NCBI GenBank assembly: GCA_035300625.1
Contig: DATGVG010000056.1
Span: forward strand, 1-42,142
Direction of reading: 5' to 3'
Origin: Candidatus Limnocylindrales bacterium
Lineage (GTDB): Bacteria; Eisenbacteria; RBG-16-71-46; SZUA-252
DNA length: 42,142 bases
Below are positions 34,383 to 42,142 of the stretch, one piece after another (the stretch's first letter is position 1; each line of letters opens with the position of its first letter). Below the pieces are notes generated by a model. The model made no database searches. It saw nothing but the letters and a program-made list of their open reading frames with translations, and was not told the origin of the DNA. Position numbers and translations under genes: made by a program.

Positions 34383-35420
34383 ATGAGCCACCGTCCGCTT
34401 CACCTCATCGCCATCACTCTGGCCGCGCTCGCGGCCGTCCAACCCGCGGCGCGCCCGGCGCGCGCGCAGACCTTGAAGCTGGGCTCGCTCCGCGTCTTCC
34501 ACTCCGACGTGGTGGGCCCCTGGGTCAGCTACCGCGTGCGCACCCAGAGCGGCCGCACGCCCGTGCGCGAGTTCACCCAGCGCGTGGCGATCGTGGCCCG
34601 GGAGAAAGTGGGGAACGGCGAGGGCTACTGGGTGGAGCTCAAGACCACGGACCGGTCGGGAGCCCGGATCGAGCGCGGACTTTTCGCGTCGGGACGTTCC
34701 GCCGCCGCGCCGAGCGGCGACGAGGAAGGCGACTCCGCCGCCGGGACCCAGGATCCGGACCTGGATGCGACGCACGGCGACGCGGAGGCACCGGACTCCG
34801 AGGCCGTGGAGGACGGGGGCCGCCCGCTTCGGCTGGTGCGGTACCAGATGCTCGCTCCGGGCGGGAAGCTCTACGAATACCCCGTGTCCTCGGCGTACTC
34901 CCTGCGGGCCGGCGGGGGCGTCTCCACGTACGAGCTGTTCGAATTCGACCCGACGGTGAAGCCGGTGCGGAGCTTCCTGGGTCCCGACACCCTCCGCATG
35001 GGACGCCGCGTTGTTCCGGCGGTGCTCGAGTGGAACTCGCGCACGGGCACGGACGACTGGCCCGTCATGGAGGACAGCACCTTCGCCTACAGGCTGGTGC
35101 TGACGCAGACGCTCTGGCGAAATCCGGCGGTCCCCGTCACCGGCTTTGCCCGCTCCCTCTTTCGCGTGACCACGAAGCGGGTCCCCGCGATGACCGACTC
35201 GGCGGCGAGGACCACCCACGCTCCCTTCGCGGCGGCCGCCTTCGCCTCCTCGGATACCACGCTCGGCCAGACCACGATGCAGCCGGGCGACGGGCACCTC
35301 CTCTCCTGGACGGAGCTGATCTTGACCGACCTGGGGGCCGACGCGGTGGCCGAGGTGACCCAAGCGCCCGAGCCCGCCCCGGCAGCCGAACAGGGCACGC
35401 CTCCCGCGCTGATCCGTTAA
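34383..35420 (+). CDS. Hypothetical secreted protein
   Basis: Start at internal ATG MSHRPLHLIAITLAALAAVQPAARPARAQ (signal peptide). It contains an acidic low-complexity insert (GDEEGDSAAGTQDPDLDATHGDAEAPDSEAVEDGG). I recognised no family. Confidence 0.5.
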   Translation: MSHRPLHLIAITLAALAAVQPAARPARAQTLKLGSLRVFHSDVVGPWVSYRVRTQSGRTPVREFTQRVAIVAREKVGNGEGYWVELKTTDRSGARIERGLFASGRSAAAPSGDEEGDSAAGTQDPDLDATHGDAEAPDSEAVEDGGRPLRLVRYQMLAPGGKLYEYPVSSAYSLRAGGGVSTYELFEFDPTVKPVRSFLGPDTLRMGRRVVPAVLEWNSRTGTDDWPVMEDSTFAYRLVLTQTLWRNPAVPVTGFARSLFRVTTKRVPAMTDSAARTTHAPFAAAAFASSDTTLGQTTMQPGDGHLLSWTELILTDLGADAVAEVTQAPEPAPAAEQGTPPALIR

Positions 35421-35510
35421 GCCCTTCAGAACGCCCCTTCTTGCGCCGATGACTCCGGCGAATCGCCCTCGACAGACGTCGCGGGCGGAAACGAGCCGGA
35501 GGAGGGCACG

Positions 35511-37220
35511 ATGCAGGGTGGACGGAAGCCGCTGGGACAGAGCCTGGTCGAGCTGGGAAACCTCTCCGCCGAGGGCCTTTCCCGCGCCCTGGAAGAGCAG
35601 CGCCGAACCGGTACCGCCCTCCGCGAGGTCCTCCTCCGGCTGAACCTGGCGCCCGAGTCCGCCATCCTCGAGTACTACGAAGAGCAGCTGGGGATTCCCC
35701 GCATGGATCTGAGCACCTACGTGCTCGAGCCCGAGATCGTGCATCTCCTCCCCGACCGCGTGGCGCGGCAGTACACCGTTCTCCCGCTGTTCAAGATCGG
35801 CTCCACCCTGACCATCGCGATGGCCGACCCGCTGGACGTGGTCGCCCTCGACGAGGTGAAGAAATCCACCGGGCTGGAAGTGGACGTGGTCGTCTCGTCC
35901 GAGTCGCAGATCAAGGAGGCGATCGACCGCCTGAATCCGGTGGGCGCGGGTCTCGACCAGCTGGCGCGGGAGCAGGCGCTGCGGCAGGTGGCGGCCGAAG
36001 TCGTGGCGCGCCCCGAGGAGGACGGGCCGATCATTCGGTTCGTCAACGCCGTCGTGCAGCAGGCGGTGCGCGAGGGAGCCTCGGACCTGCACCTGGAGCC
36101 CGAGGAGTCCTCGTTCCGCATCCGCCTCCGCGTGGACGGCATCCTGCGCGAGGTCTCCATCCAGGCGAAGGCGCTCTTCGCGCCGGTGGTGTCGCGCGTG
36201 AAGATCATGGCCGCGCTCGACATCGCCGAGCGCCGCCTGCCGCAGGACGGCCGCATCCGGATGAGCGTCATGGGACGCGACCTGGACCTGCGCGTCTCCA
36301 CGTTCCCCACGATCCACGGAGAGAACGTGGTGCTGCGGCTCCAGGATCGCTCGGCGGCGATGATCGACCTCAAGGAGCTGGGACTGGCGCCGCAGCCCCT
36401 GTCGGTCCTGGAGCGGATGATCCGGAAGCCGAACGGCATCGTGCTGGTCACGGGTCCCACCGGGAGCGGCAAGACGACGACGCTCTATGCCTGCATCCAT
36501 CGGATCAACAGCGTGGAGCGGAACATCGTCACGCTGGAGGACCCGGTGGAGTTCTACCTGAGCACGATCCGCCAGACGCAGGTGGATCCCGATGCGGGGC
36601 TGACCTTCGCGCGCGGATTGCGCGCGCTGTTGCGCCAGGACCCGGACATCGTCATGGTGGGCGAGATCCGGGACCCCGAGACCGCGGAGATCTCGGTCCG
36701 ATCGGCCCTGACCGGCCACCTGGTCCTCTCGACGCTCCACACCAACGACGCCGCCGGCGCCCTCCCGCGCCTCATCGACATGCAGATCGAGCCGTTCCTG
36801 CTCTCCTCCGCGATGCTCGGAGTGGTGGCCCAGCGCCTCGTCCGGCGCGTTTGCGAGAAGTGCAAGAAGCCGATCACGCCCCCCGCTGAACTGGTGGACG
36901 CGCTCTCCGTGGACCTGTCGCAAGGCACGTTCCAGCATGGGGTCGGCTGCCGCGCGTGCTCCGGAACCGGATACCGCGGCCGGGTCGGGATCTTCGAGGT
37001 GCTCGACGTGGACGAGGAGATGCAGGCGCTGATCACGCAGCGCGCCCCCTCGGAGGAGATCGGGCGCGCGGCGCGGCGCGCCGGCATGCGCACGCTCCGC
37101 GAGGACGCCGTCAGGAAGGCGGCGGAGGGCGTGACCACGCTCCAGGAAGTTCTCCGCGTCACGAAGCGGGACGGAGCGATGGCCGAAGACGACTCGGCGG
37201 CGCTTCCGGACCGCAGCTAG
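35511..37220 (+). CDS. Type II secretion / type IV pilus assembly ATPase (GspE/PilB family)
   Basis: T2SSE_N domain, Walker A GPTGSGKTTTLYA, Asp/His boxes (LRQDPDIVMVGEIRD; TGHLVLSTLHTND), and the tetracysteine motif CEKCKK...CRACSGTGYRGR. Confidence 0.9.
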   Translation: MQGGRKPLGQSLVELGNLSAEGLSRALEEQRRTGTALREVLLRLNLAPESAILEYYEEQLGIPRMDLSTYVLEPEIVHLLPDRVARQYTVLPLFKIGSTLTIAMADPLDVVALDEVKKSTGLEVDVVVSSESQIKEAIDRLNPVGAGLDQLAREQALRQVAAEVVARPEEDGPIIRFVNAVVQQAVREGASDLHLEPEESSFRIRLRVDGILREVSIQAKALFAPVVSRVKIMAALDIAERRLPQDGRIRMSVMGRDLDLRVSTFPTIHGENVVLRLQDRSAAMIDLKELGLAPQPLSVLERMIRKPNGIVLVTGPTGSGKTTTLYACIHRINSVERNIVTLEDPVEFYLSTIRQTQVDPDAGLTFARGLRALLRQDPDIVMVGEIRDPETAEISVRSALTGHLVLSTLHTNDAAGALPRLIDMQIEPFLLSSAMLGVVAQRLVRRVCEKCKKPITPPAELVDALSVDLSQGTFQHGVGCRACSGTGYRGRVGIFEVLDVDEEMQALITQRAPSEEIGRAARRAGMRTLREDAVRKAAEGVTTLQEVLRVTKRDGAMAEDDSAALPDRS

Positions 37221-37229
37221 CCGGCGCCC

Positions 37230-38447
37230 ATGCCCGTCTTCCAGTACCGCGCGACCAGCGTCGGCGGAGGCCCGCAGGCCGGCGTCGTCGAGGCGCCCGA
37301 CCTGGACCAGGCGATCGACGTCGTCCATCGCATGGGGCTGACCCCGATCCGCCTGGAAGCCCAGACGCCGACCCGCGCGACCACCGTCTCGAAGAGCCCG
37401 TTCCAGAAGCGCGTGACCACGCGCGACCTGATCCTCTTCACCCGGCAGCTCGAGACCATGCTGGAGTCGGGCCTGCCGATCCTTTCGTCCCTGGACATTC
37501 TCTACCAACAGACCGCGCACCCCGTGCTCCGGGTGGCGATCGACCGCGTCCGGGCCGATGTCGAGCAGGGGAGCACCCTGACCGAGGCGCTCCGCCGCTA
37601 TCCGCGCAGCTTCCCGCCCATCTTCGTGAACCTGGTCCACGCGGGGGAAGAGGGAGGTCTTCTCGGCCCGATGCTCGACCGGATCGGCGGACTGTTGGAA
37701 TACGAAGAGGAAACGGAGCAGCGGATCAAGGCGGCCACCTTCTATCCGATGCTCATCGTCGGCGAGCTGGGCCTGGCGTTCCTGGTGCTGGTCAAGTTCG
37801 TGCTGCCGCGCTTCGCGTCGCTCTTCCGGAGCCTGGACGCGAAGCTGCCGCTGCCGACCAGGGTCCTGATCGGGACCAGCGACTTCTTCGACCACTACTG
37901 GTTCCTGGTGATCACCGTGGCGATCGGATCCGCGGTCGGCGCGGTGTTGTGGTCCCGCACCGAACGGGGCCGGCGGCGCATCGATTACTGGATCATCTCG
38001 GCACCCCTCTTCGGCTCCATCTTCCTCAAGACCATCATGTCGCGGTTTGCCCGCGTGCTCGCGGCCCTGGTCGCCGCGGGCATCCCGATTCTCCAGGCCC
38101 TGGCCGTGGCGCGCGGGGTCGCGGGGAACAAGATCGTCGAGGAGGAGATCGACCGGATGCGGAACGGGGTCACGGCAGGCATGGGACTCGCCGAATCGGT
38201 GCAGGGGCGCAACGTCTTCCCGCCCCTCGTCGTCAAGATGCTGGCCGTCGGCCAGGAGACGGGCGCCATCGACAAGATGCTCGTACGGGTAGCCCGATAT
38301 TTCGACAGGGACGTCGATTACGCCGTCAAGAACCTGTCCACCGCGATCGAGCCGGTGCTCCTGGTGGTCCTGGGCGCGGCCGTGCTCTTCACCGCCCTGG
38401 CCGTTTTCCTCCCGCTGTGGAATCTGATGAATGCGTTCCGCCACTAG
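37230..38447 (+). CDS. Type II secretion / type IV pilus platform protein (GspF/PilC family)
   Basis: Two T2SSF repeats (FTRQLETMLESGLPILSSLD; FARVLAALVAAGIPILQAL), 3 TM segments, and GEETG/GQETG motifs. Confidence 0.9.
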   Translation: MPVFQYRATSVGGGPQAGVVEAPDLDQAIDVVHRMGLTPIRLEAQTPTRATTVSKSPFQKRVTTRDLILFTRQLETMLESGLPILSSLDILYQQTAHPVLRVAIDRVRADVEQGSTLTEALRRYPRSFPPIFVNLVHAGEEGGLLGPMLDRIGGLLEYEEETEQRIKAATFYPMLIVGELGLAFLVLVKFVLPRFASLFRSLDAKLPLPTRVLIGTSDFFDHYWFLVITVAIGSAVGAVLWSRTERGRRRIDYWIISAPLFGSIFLKTIMSRFARVLAALVAAGIPILQALAVARGVAGNKIVEEEIDRMRNGVTAGMGLAESVQGRNVFPPLVVKMLAVGQETGAIDKMLVRVARYFDRDVDYAVKNLSTAIEPVLLVVLGAAVLFTALAVFLPLWNLMNAFRH

Positions 38448-38470
38448 AGCCGCGGCCGTCAGTCGGGGGC

Positions 38471-38486
38471 CGGATTGCAAATTGCG
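38471..38486 (+). promoter_or_regulatory. Candidate sigma54 (-24/-12) promoter upstream of the major pilin gene
   Basis: CGGATTGCAAATTGCG compared with the consensus TGGCACG-N4-TTGCW. The GG and TTGC elements are at the correct spacing, about 100 nt upstream of the pilin ATG. Confidence 0.4.
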
Positions 38487-38588
38487 TTCAAGTACGCAGC
38501 CGCGGTGCCGATCATTCGCGTTGGAATCACCAGGCCCGCCCCGGTGGGGGGACGGGCGGTTTGAATCAGAGGCTAAGGAGGTCTCGGT

Positions 38589-38969
38589 ATGTTCCGCAGC
38601 AAGTCGGAGAGCGGGTTCACGCTGATCGAACTGGTCATCGTCATCGTGATCCTCGGCATTCTCGCCGCGGTCGCAATTCCCAAGTACGAGGACATGCGGG
38701 AGCAGGCACGCGTAGCGACGGTCAAGGGCCAGCTTGGATCGATCCGCTCTGCGGTCGCCATTCAGTACGCCCGCAACGCGCTGAACGGCAGCGCTACGTT
38801 CCCGACGCTTGACGGAACCATCTTCGGGGACGGCCGCGTCCCGAAGGAGCCGATCAACAATTCGAGCGCCGTGAAGACCACGCCTGGCGTGGACGACACG
38901 GGCGGCTGGCAGTACACGGCCGCTACCGGCATCGTGAAGATCAACGTGTCGGCGTATTCATCGTACTGA
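38589..38969 (+). CDS. Major (pseudo)pilin with prepilin-type N-terminal cleavage/methylation signal
   Basis: MFRSKSESG|FTLIELVIVIVILGILAAVAIPKY has the class III signal and Glu+5. Strong SD TAAGGAGG. The protein is 126 aa. Confidence 0.85.
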   Translation: MFRSKSESGFTLIELVIVIVILGILAAVAIPKYEDMREQARVATVKGQLGSIRSAVAIQYARNALNGSATFPTLDGTIFGDGRVPKEPINNSSAVKTTPGVDDTGGWQYTAATGIVKINVSAYSSY

Positions 38970-38970
38970 T

Positions 38971-39028
38971 CCGCTCACGGACGAGCGGTTCTGCAGTCGG
39001 CGAGGTGGGGGCGGATGCCCTCACCTCG
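38971..39028 (+). terminator. Two hairpins after the pilin gene (possible partial terminator or attenuator)
   Basis: CCGCTC-ACGGAC-GAGCGG followed by TTCT (38971-38992), and CGAGGTGGGGC-GGAT-GCCC(T)CACCTCG followed by TTCC (39001-39028). Confidence 0.4.
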
Positions 39029-39070
39029 TTCCACCATTCGGGGGAGACCCGGGACCACCGGGAATGAGCC

Positions 39071-41074
39071 ATGCGCCAAGCCGAGGCAGGATGCCTCGCG
39101 GCGGCCATCGCCGCCGCCGCGCTCTACGCCGTCACGCTCGCGCCGACTGTCGGCGCGGGGGATAGCGCGGAGCTGATCCTCGCCGCGCCGGCTCTGGGGA
39201 TTCCCCACCCGCCGGGCTACGCGCTCTGGCTCCTCGTCGCGCGGCTGGCCGCCGCGGTCCCCGTGGGCGCGATCGCCGCGCGCGTGAATGCCGTGTCCGC
39301 GCTCTCGACCGCCGCCGCCGTTGGCCTTTTCTGGCTCCTCGCCCGCCGCACCGGCCTTCGCTCCACCGCGTCCATCGTCGCGACCGCGCTCTTCGCCACC
39401 GCGTCCATCGTCTGGGCTTCCGCGGTCGAGGCCGAGGTCTACGGCCTCGCCACCACCGCGTTCCTCGCGCTGACCCTGCTGGCCCTGCGCGCGCGACGGG
39501 CTCGGAGCAGCGCCCGGGACGAGGCGCTCTTCTGCTTCACCGCCGGCCTCGCCACCGTGGCGCATCAGACGCTCCTCTTCCCGGCGCTCGTGCTGGGGGC
39601 GTGGGTCTTCTCGCGCGGCGAGCGCGGAGCGCGGGCGCTCCGGCTGGCGCGCGGGCTCGGATGGGCGGCGCTGGGCGGGTCGCCGGTGCTCGTCATCCTG
39701 GTGCGGTCGGGAGCGAAACCGTCCTTCGCGTGGACGGACCTGCACGGGCTCTCCGGCCTCGCCGACTATCTGCTCCGGCGGACCTACGGCGGCCTCGCGC
39801 AGAATCCGTTCCGCCTGGACCGCGCCGTGGACGAGATCGCCGGGATGGGGACGTTGATCATGGCTTCGGTGGGCTGGCTGGGCGCGGCCTTAGCGCTCGT
39901 CGGGGCCGGCCTGGTGCCGCGCGCCCGCCGGATGCTGGGGCCCGTCCTGGCGGCGGCGCTCTCGATCCCGGCGGCGCTGGTCGCCCTCCTCGCGTTCACG
40001 CCCGACGCCGAGCACCTGGCGCAGGTCGCGCCGTTCCTCGCGCCCGGAATCGCGGCCGCGGCCCTGTTCGCGGGAAGCGGCGCGAAGCTCGTGATGCGGC
40101 GGACGCTGCACCGGTGGCGCCGGCCGGTGGCGGGCGCTCTGATCCTGGCGGCTCTCGCGTGGATTCCCGCGCATTACGCCGCCGCCGATCGAAGCGGATT
40201 CCGCCTGGCCGAGCAGTACGGTCGCGACCTTCTGGCGGAGGCTCCGCCCTCCGCCACGCTCATCCTGGACGGCGACAACGAGACGTTCCTGGCGGCGTAC
40301 GCGAAGAGGAGCGAGGGCCTCCGGCCGGACATTGCGCTGGAGCATCGCCGCGGGTGGATTTTCGGTGACCCCTACGGACTCCGGGCTCGCCCGCGATCGG
40401 AGTGGACCGCCGTGGCGCACCGCGCGGAAGTGGAGCGGATCCGGAGCGGCTCGAGGCGGATCTGCTACGCGATCCCTCCCGCCGACCTCCTCGGGACGGG
40501 AATCCCCTTCACGCAGCGCGGGCTCCTGTACGAGGCGGGCGCTCCGGACGGCGCGGGTGCGGCCTCTAAGCCCTCACCCCCGTGGAAGCTCCCGGCCGGG
40601 TGGCCCCGCTCGTCGGATCTCCTGGGCGGGCATCCGGAGCGGTACGACTACGTCACCCGGAAGATGGCGGTCACGTACTCCGACGCCGCCGCGCGATGGC
40701 TCTGGTCGCGCCGCCGGTTGGACGAGGCCCTGCCCTGGTTCTTGGACGCGGCGCGCGTGGGCTACGACTTTCCGGGCGCGCACCTGAACGCGGCCACCGC
40801 GGCCGCGGCGACGGGACAGCCGGACCTGGCGCTGACGGAGCTCTTGACCGCCTGCCGTCTCGCTCCGTACGAGGCGGAGCCACCGGCCCACCTCGCGGTG
40901 TTCCTCGCGGCCGCGGGGCGCCCGCGGGACGCGGCGATCTGGTTCGAGCGGGCGTTCAAGGCCGAGCCGGGAGCGGCACTGGCCGCCGACGCGGCGCGCG
41001 CCTGGGAACGGGCCGGCGACGCGGCGCGAGCGGGCGAATGGACCCGCCGCGCGAGCGCGGGAGGTCCGGGATGA
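39071..41074 (+). CDS. DUF2723/TMEM260-like GT-C fold glycosyltransferase with C-terminal TPR repeats
   Basis: The N-terminus YAVTLAPTVGAGDSAELILAAPALGIPHPPGYALWLL matches the DUF2723/TMEM260 hallmark (GGDSGEL...LGVAHPPGYPL). About 10 or more TM helices follow, then a soluble TPR-like tail. Confidence 0.75.
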   Translation: MRQAEAGCLAAAIAAAALYAVTLAPTVGAGDSAELILAAPALGIPHPPGYALWLLVARLAAAVPVGAIAARVNAVSALSTAAAVGLFWLLARRTGLRSTASIVATALFATASIVWASAVEAEVYGLATTAFLALTLLALRARRARSSARDEALFCFTAGLATVAHQTLLFPALVLGAWVFSRGERGARALRLARGLGWAALGGSPVLVILVRSGAKPSFAWTDLHGLSGLADYLLRRTYGGLAQNPFRLDRAVDEIAGMGTLIMASVGWLGAALALVGAGLVPRARRMLGPVLAAALSIPAALVALLAFTPDAEHLAQVAPFLAPGIAAAALFAGSGAKLVMRRTLHRWRRPVAGALILAALAWIPAHYAAADRSGFRLAEQYGRDLLAEAPPSATLILDGDNETFLAAYAKRSEGLRPDIALEHRRGWIFGDPYGLRARPRSEWTAVAHRAEVERIRSGSRRICYAIPPADLLGTGIPFTQRGLLYEAGAPDGAGAASKPSPPWKLPAGWPRSSDLLGGHPERYDYVTRKMAVTYSDAAARWLWSRRRLDEALPWFLDAARVGYDFPGAHLNAATAAAATGQPDLALTELLTACRLAPYEAEPPAHLAVFLAAAGRPRDAAIWFERAFKAEPGAALAADAARAWERAGDAARAGEWTRRASAGGPG

Positions 41075-41598
41075 GCGCGATGCGTTCGGCGGGGCGCCCC
41101 GGCTTCGCCGGCGGATTCAGCCTGGTCGAGGTAATCCTAGTGATCGCGATCCTCGGGATCCTGGCCTGGATCTCGTATCCGAAGATCTCCGCGATCAGCG
41201 AGATCCGGCTGGACGCCGCCGCGCGCCGCGTGGCCTCCGACCTTCGCTATGCGCAGAACCGGTCGATCGGGACCCGCGTGATTCACGGGATCTTCTTCGA
41301 GCCCTCGCTCTCGCGCTACACGGTCTTTGCGCCGACGGTCGCCTCGCCGCTGGTCGATCCGGCCGACCGCGCGCGGACGCTGCTGGTCGACTTCACCCGG
41401 AAGACCGAGTTCAAGGGCGTGGCGATTTCGTCGGCGGCCTTCGGGACTTCCAAGGCGATCACCTTCGACTACTTCGGTGTCCCCCGCGACAGCGGCGGGG
41501 TGGACCTCGCGGCCACGGGTCGCGTGATCCTGACCTTCCAGGGGCTCTCCGACACGGTCGACGTGACCCCGGGAACGGGGAAAGTGGTGGTGCGATGA
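41071..41598 (+). CDS. Minor pseudopilin, GspH/FimT-like
   Basis: ATGA overlap with the upstream gene. Prepilin signal AGG|FSLVEVILVIAILGILA and the GspH-type motif AARRVASDLRYAQNRSI. Confidence 0.75.
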   Translation: MSAMRSAGRPGFAGGFSLVEVILVIAILGILAWISYPKISAISEIRLDAAARRVASDLRYAQNRSIGTRVIHGIFFEPSLSRYTVFAPTVASPLVDPADRARTLLVDFTRKTEFKGVAISSAAFGTSKAITFDYFGVPRDSGGVDLAATGRVILTFQGLSDTVDVTPGTGKVVVR

Positions 41599-42002
41599 CC
41601 CCCATCCGCGGTGCCGCGTCGGAGGCCGGCTTCACGCTCCCCGAGGTGGTCCTGATTCTGGTGATCGCCGCGATCGCCGTGCTTCCGCTGGGGATGCTCT
41701 TCGCGAACTCGTCCATCCGATCGGGGGAGGCGCGGAACGCCACCGTGATGGCCCAGCTCGCGCAGGCGAAGATGGAGGAGATCGCGGCCGACAAGAACTC
41801 CCCGTCGCGCGGCTTCACATATCTCGTTTCGGCCAACTACCCCGTCGAGAGCCCCGTCGCCGCGTTCACGGGGTATTCGCGGAGCGTCACGTTCGCGCCG
41901 GATTCGGTCTACGACGGGGTCACGTTCCGGACGGTCAGCGTCACGGTCACGTTCACGACGGTTCCTCCGGTGACGCTGACCACCTGGTTCACGAGCTACT
42001 GA
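41595..42002 (+). CDS. Minor pseudopilin (GspI/PilV-like)
   Basis: ATGA overlap and prepilin signal SEAG|FTLPEVVLILVIAAIAV. The protein is 135 aa. Confidence 0.7.
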   Translation: MTPIRGAASEAGFTLPEVVLILVIAAIAVLPLGMLFANSSIRSGEARNATVMAQLAQAKMEEIAADKNSPSRGFTYLVSANYPVESPVAAFTGYSRSVTFAPDSVYDGVTFRTVSVTVTFTTVPPVTLTTWFTSY

Positions 42003-42142
42003 TGGCGGCGCGGACCGGAGACGCGGGGGCCGCGATCCAGCCACGAGCAGGCCAGGCGGGCTTCACGCTGATGGAGCTGGTGATCGTGATCGTTCTCGTC
42101 TCGATCGCGGCGGGGCTGTTCACGGGGATGTTCATCCAGGCG
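42002..42142 (+). CDS. Prepilin-type protein, N-terminal fragment (continues beyond the window)
   Basis: The ATG overlaps the preceding stop by 1 nt (TGATG). Signal GQAG|FTLMELVIVIVLVSIAAG. Confidence 0.6.
   Translation, partial: MAARTGDAGAAIQPRAGQAGFTLMELVIVIVLVSIAAGLFTGMFIQA

Noticed and set aside
34332-38480. Very long minus-strand ORF (1382 aa) antisense to the hypothetical, gspE and gspF genes
   Set aside because: Its composition is low-complexity and rich in R/G/D/E/H/P, with no recognisable motifs. The opposite strand encodes unmistakable GspE/GspF proteins. Long stop-free antisense frames are expected in GC-rich DNA.
1-42142. CRISPR arrays, IS elements or transposases, integrases, toxin-antitoxin pairs, restriction-modification or other defence islands
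   Set aside because: I saw no regularly spaced direct repeats and no ORFs with transposase, integrase, nuclease-methylase or TA-like signatures. The window reads as core-genome content.

Overview
This is a visibly GC-rich (about two-thirds G+C by eye) bacterial chromosomal segment. It is densely packed with housekeeping and envelope genes, and many neighbouring genes overlap by 1-4 nt (ATGA/GTGA), which suggests translational coupling. I could not assign a taxon from the sequence; a PorX-like regulator and a long LptD-like protein hint at an FCB-superphylum or Gemmatimonadota-like diderm. Gene order, start to end:
- Tail of a metallophosphoesterase gene, an MFS transporter, and two tandem paralogous outer-membrane beta-barrel genes.
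- A minus-strand operon: 2-oxoacid dehydrogenase E1alpha, acyl-CoA thioesterase, E1beta, E2, lipB, aspA-like lyase and a lipoprotein.
- mrp/apbC with a coupled DUF971 gene, a second MFS transporter, and a secreted SnoaL-like protein.
- A split two-gene cobalamin-independent methionine synthase.
- A MacAB-like ABC efflux set (adaptor, ATPase, two FtsX permeases).
- A roughly 450-nt low-GC non-coding island.
- A hemC-like gene and serS.
- A near gap-free string: sensor kinase, PorX-like receiver-PglZ regulator, tsaE, tsaB, rimI, accD, folC and a giant LptD-like protein.
- HU.
- A secreted fusion of a degenerate 5'-nucleotidase-like domain to a tetraheme cytochrome c, then a secreted hypothetical protein.
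- A T2SS/type IV pilus-like cluster: GspE/PilB, GspF/PilC, major pilin, a DUF2723/TMEM260-like GT-C glycosyltransferase with TPR repeats, and three minor pseudopilins. The last is cut by the window end.

I saw no rRNA, tRNA, CRISPR array, transposase or recognisable defence system. The most interesting observation is a single in-frame TGA (33182-33184) in the cytochrome fusion gene. It has a downstream hairpin at SECIS-compatible spacing and sits in a Cys-Gly-TGA context, so the gene is a candidate selenoprotein; the alternative is a disrupted gene. Other points worth follow-up:
- the glycosyltransferase embedded in the pilus operon;
- the split MetE;
- a HemC-like protein lacking the cofactor cysteine;
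- the structured non-coding island.

All functional calls come from recognising motifs in the translated ORFs by eye. No searches were run.
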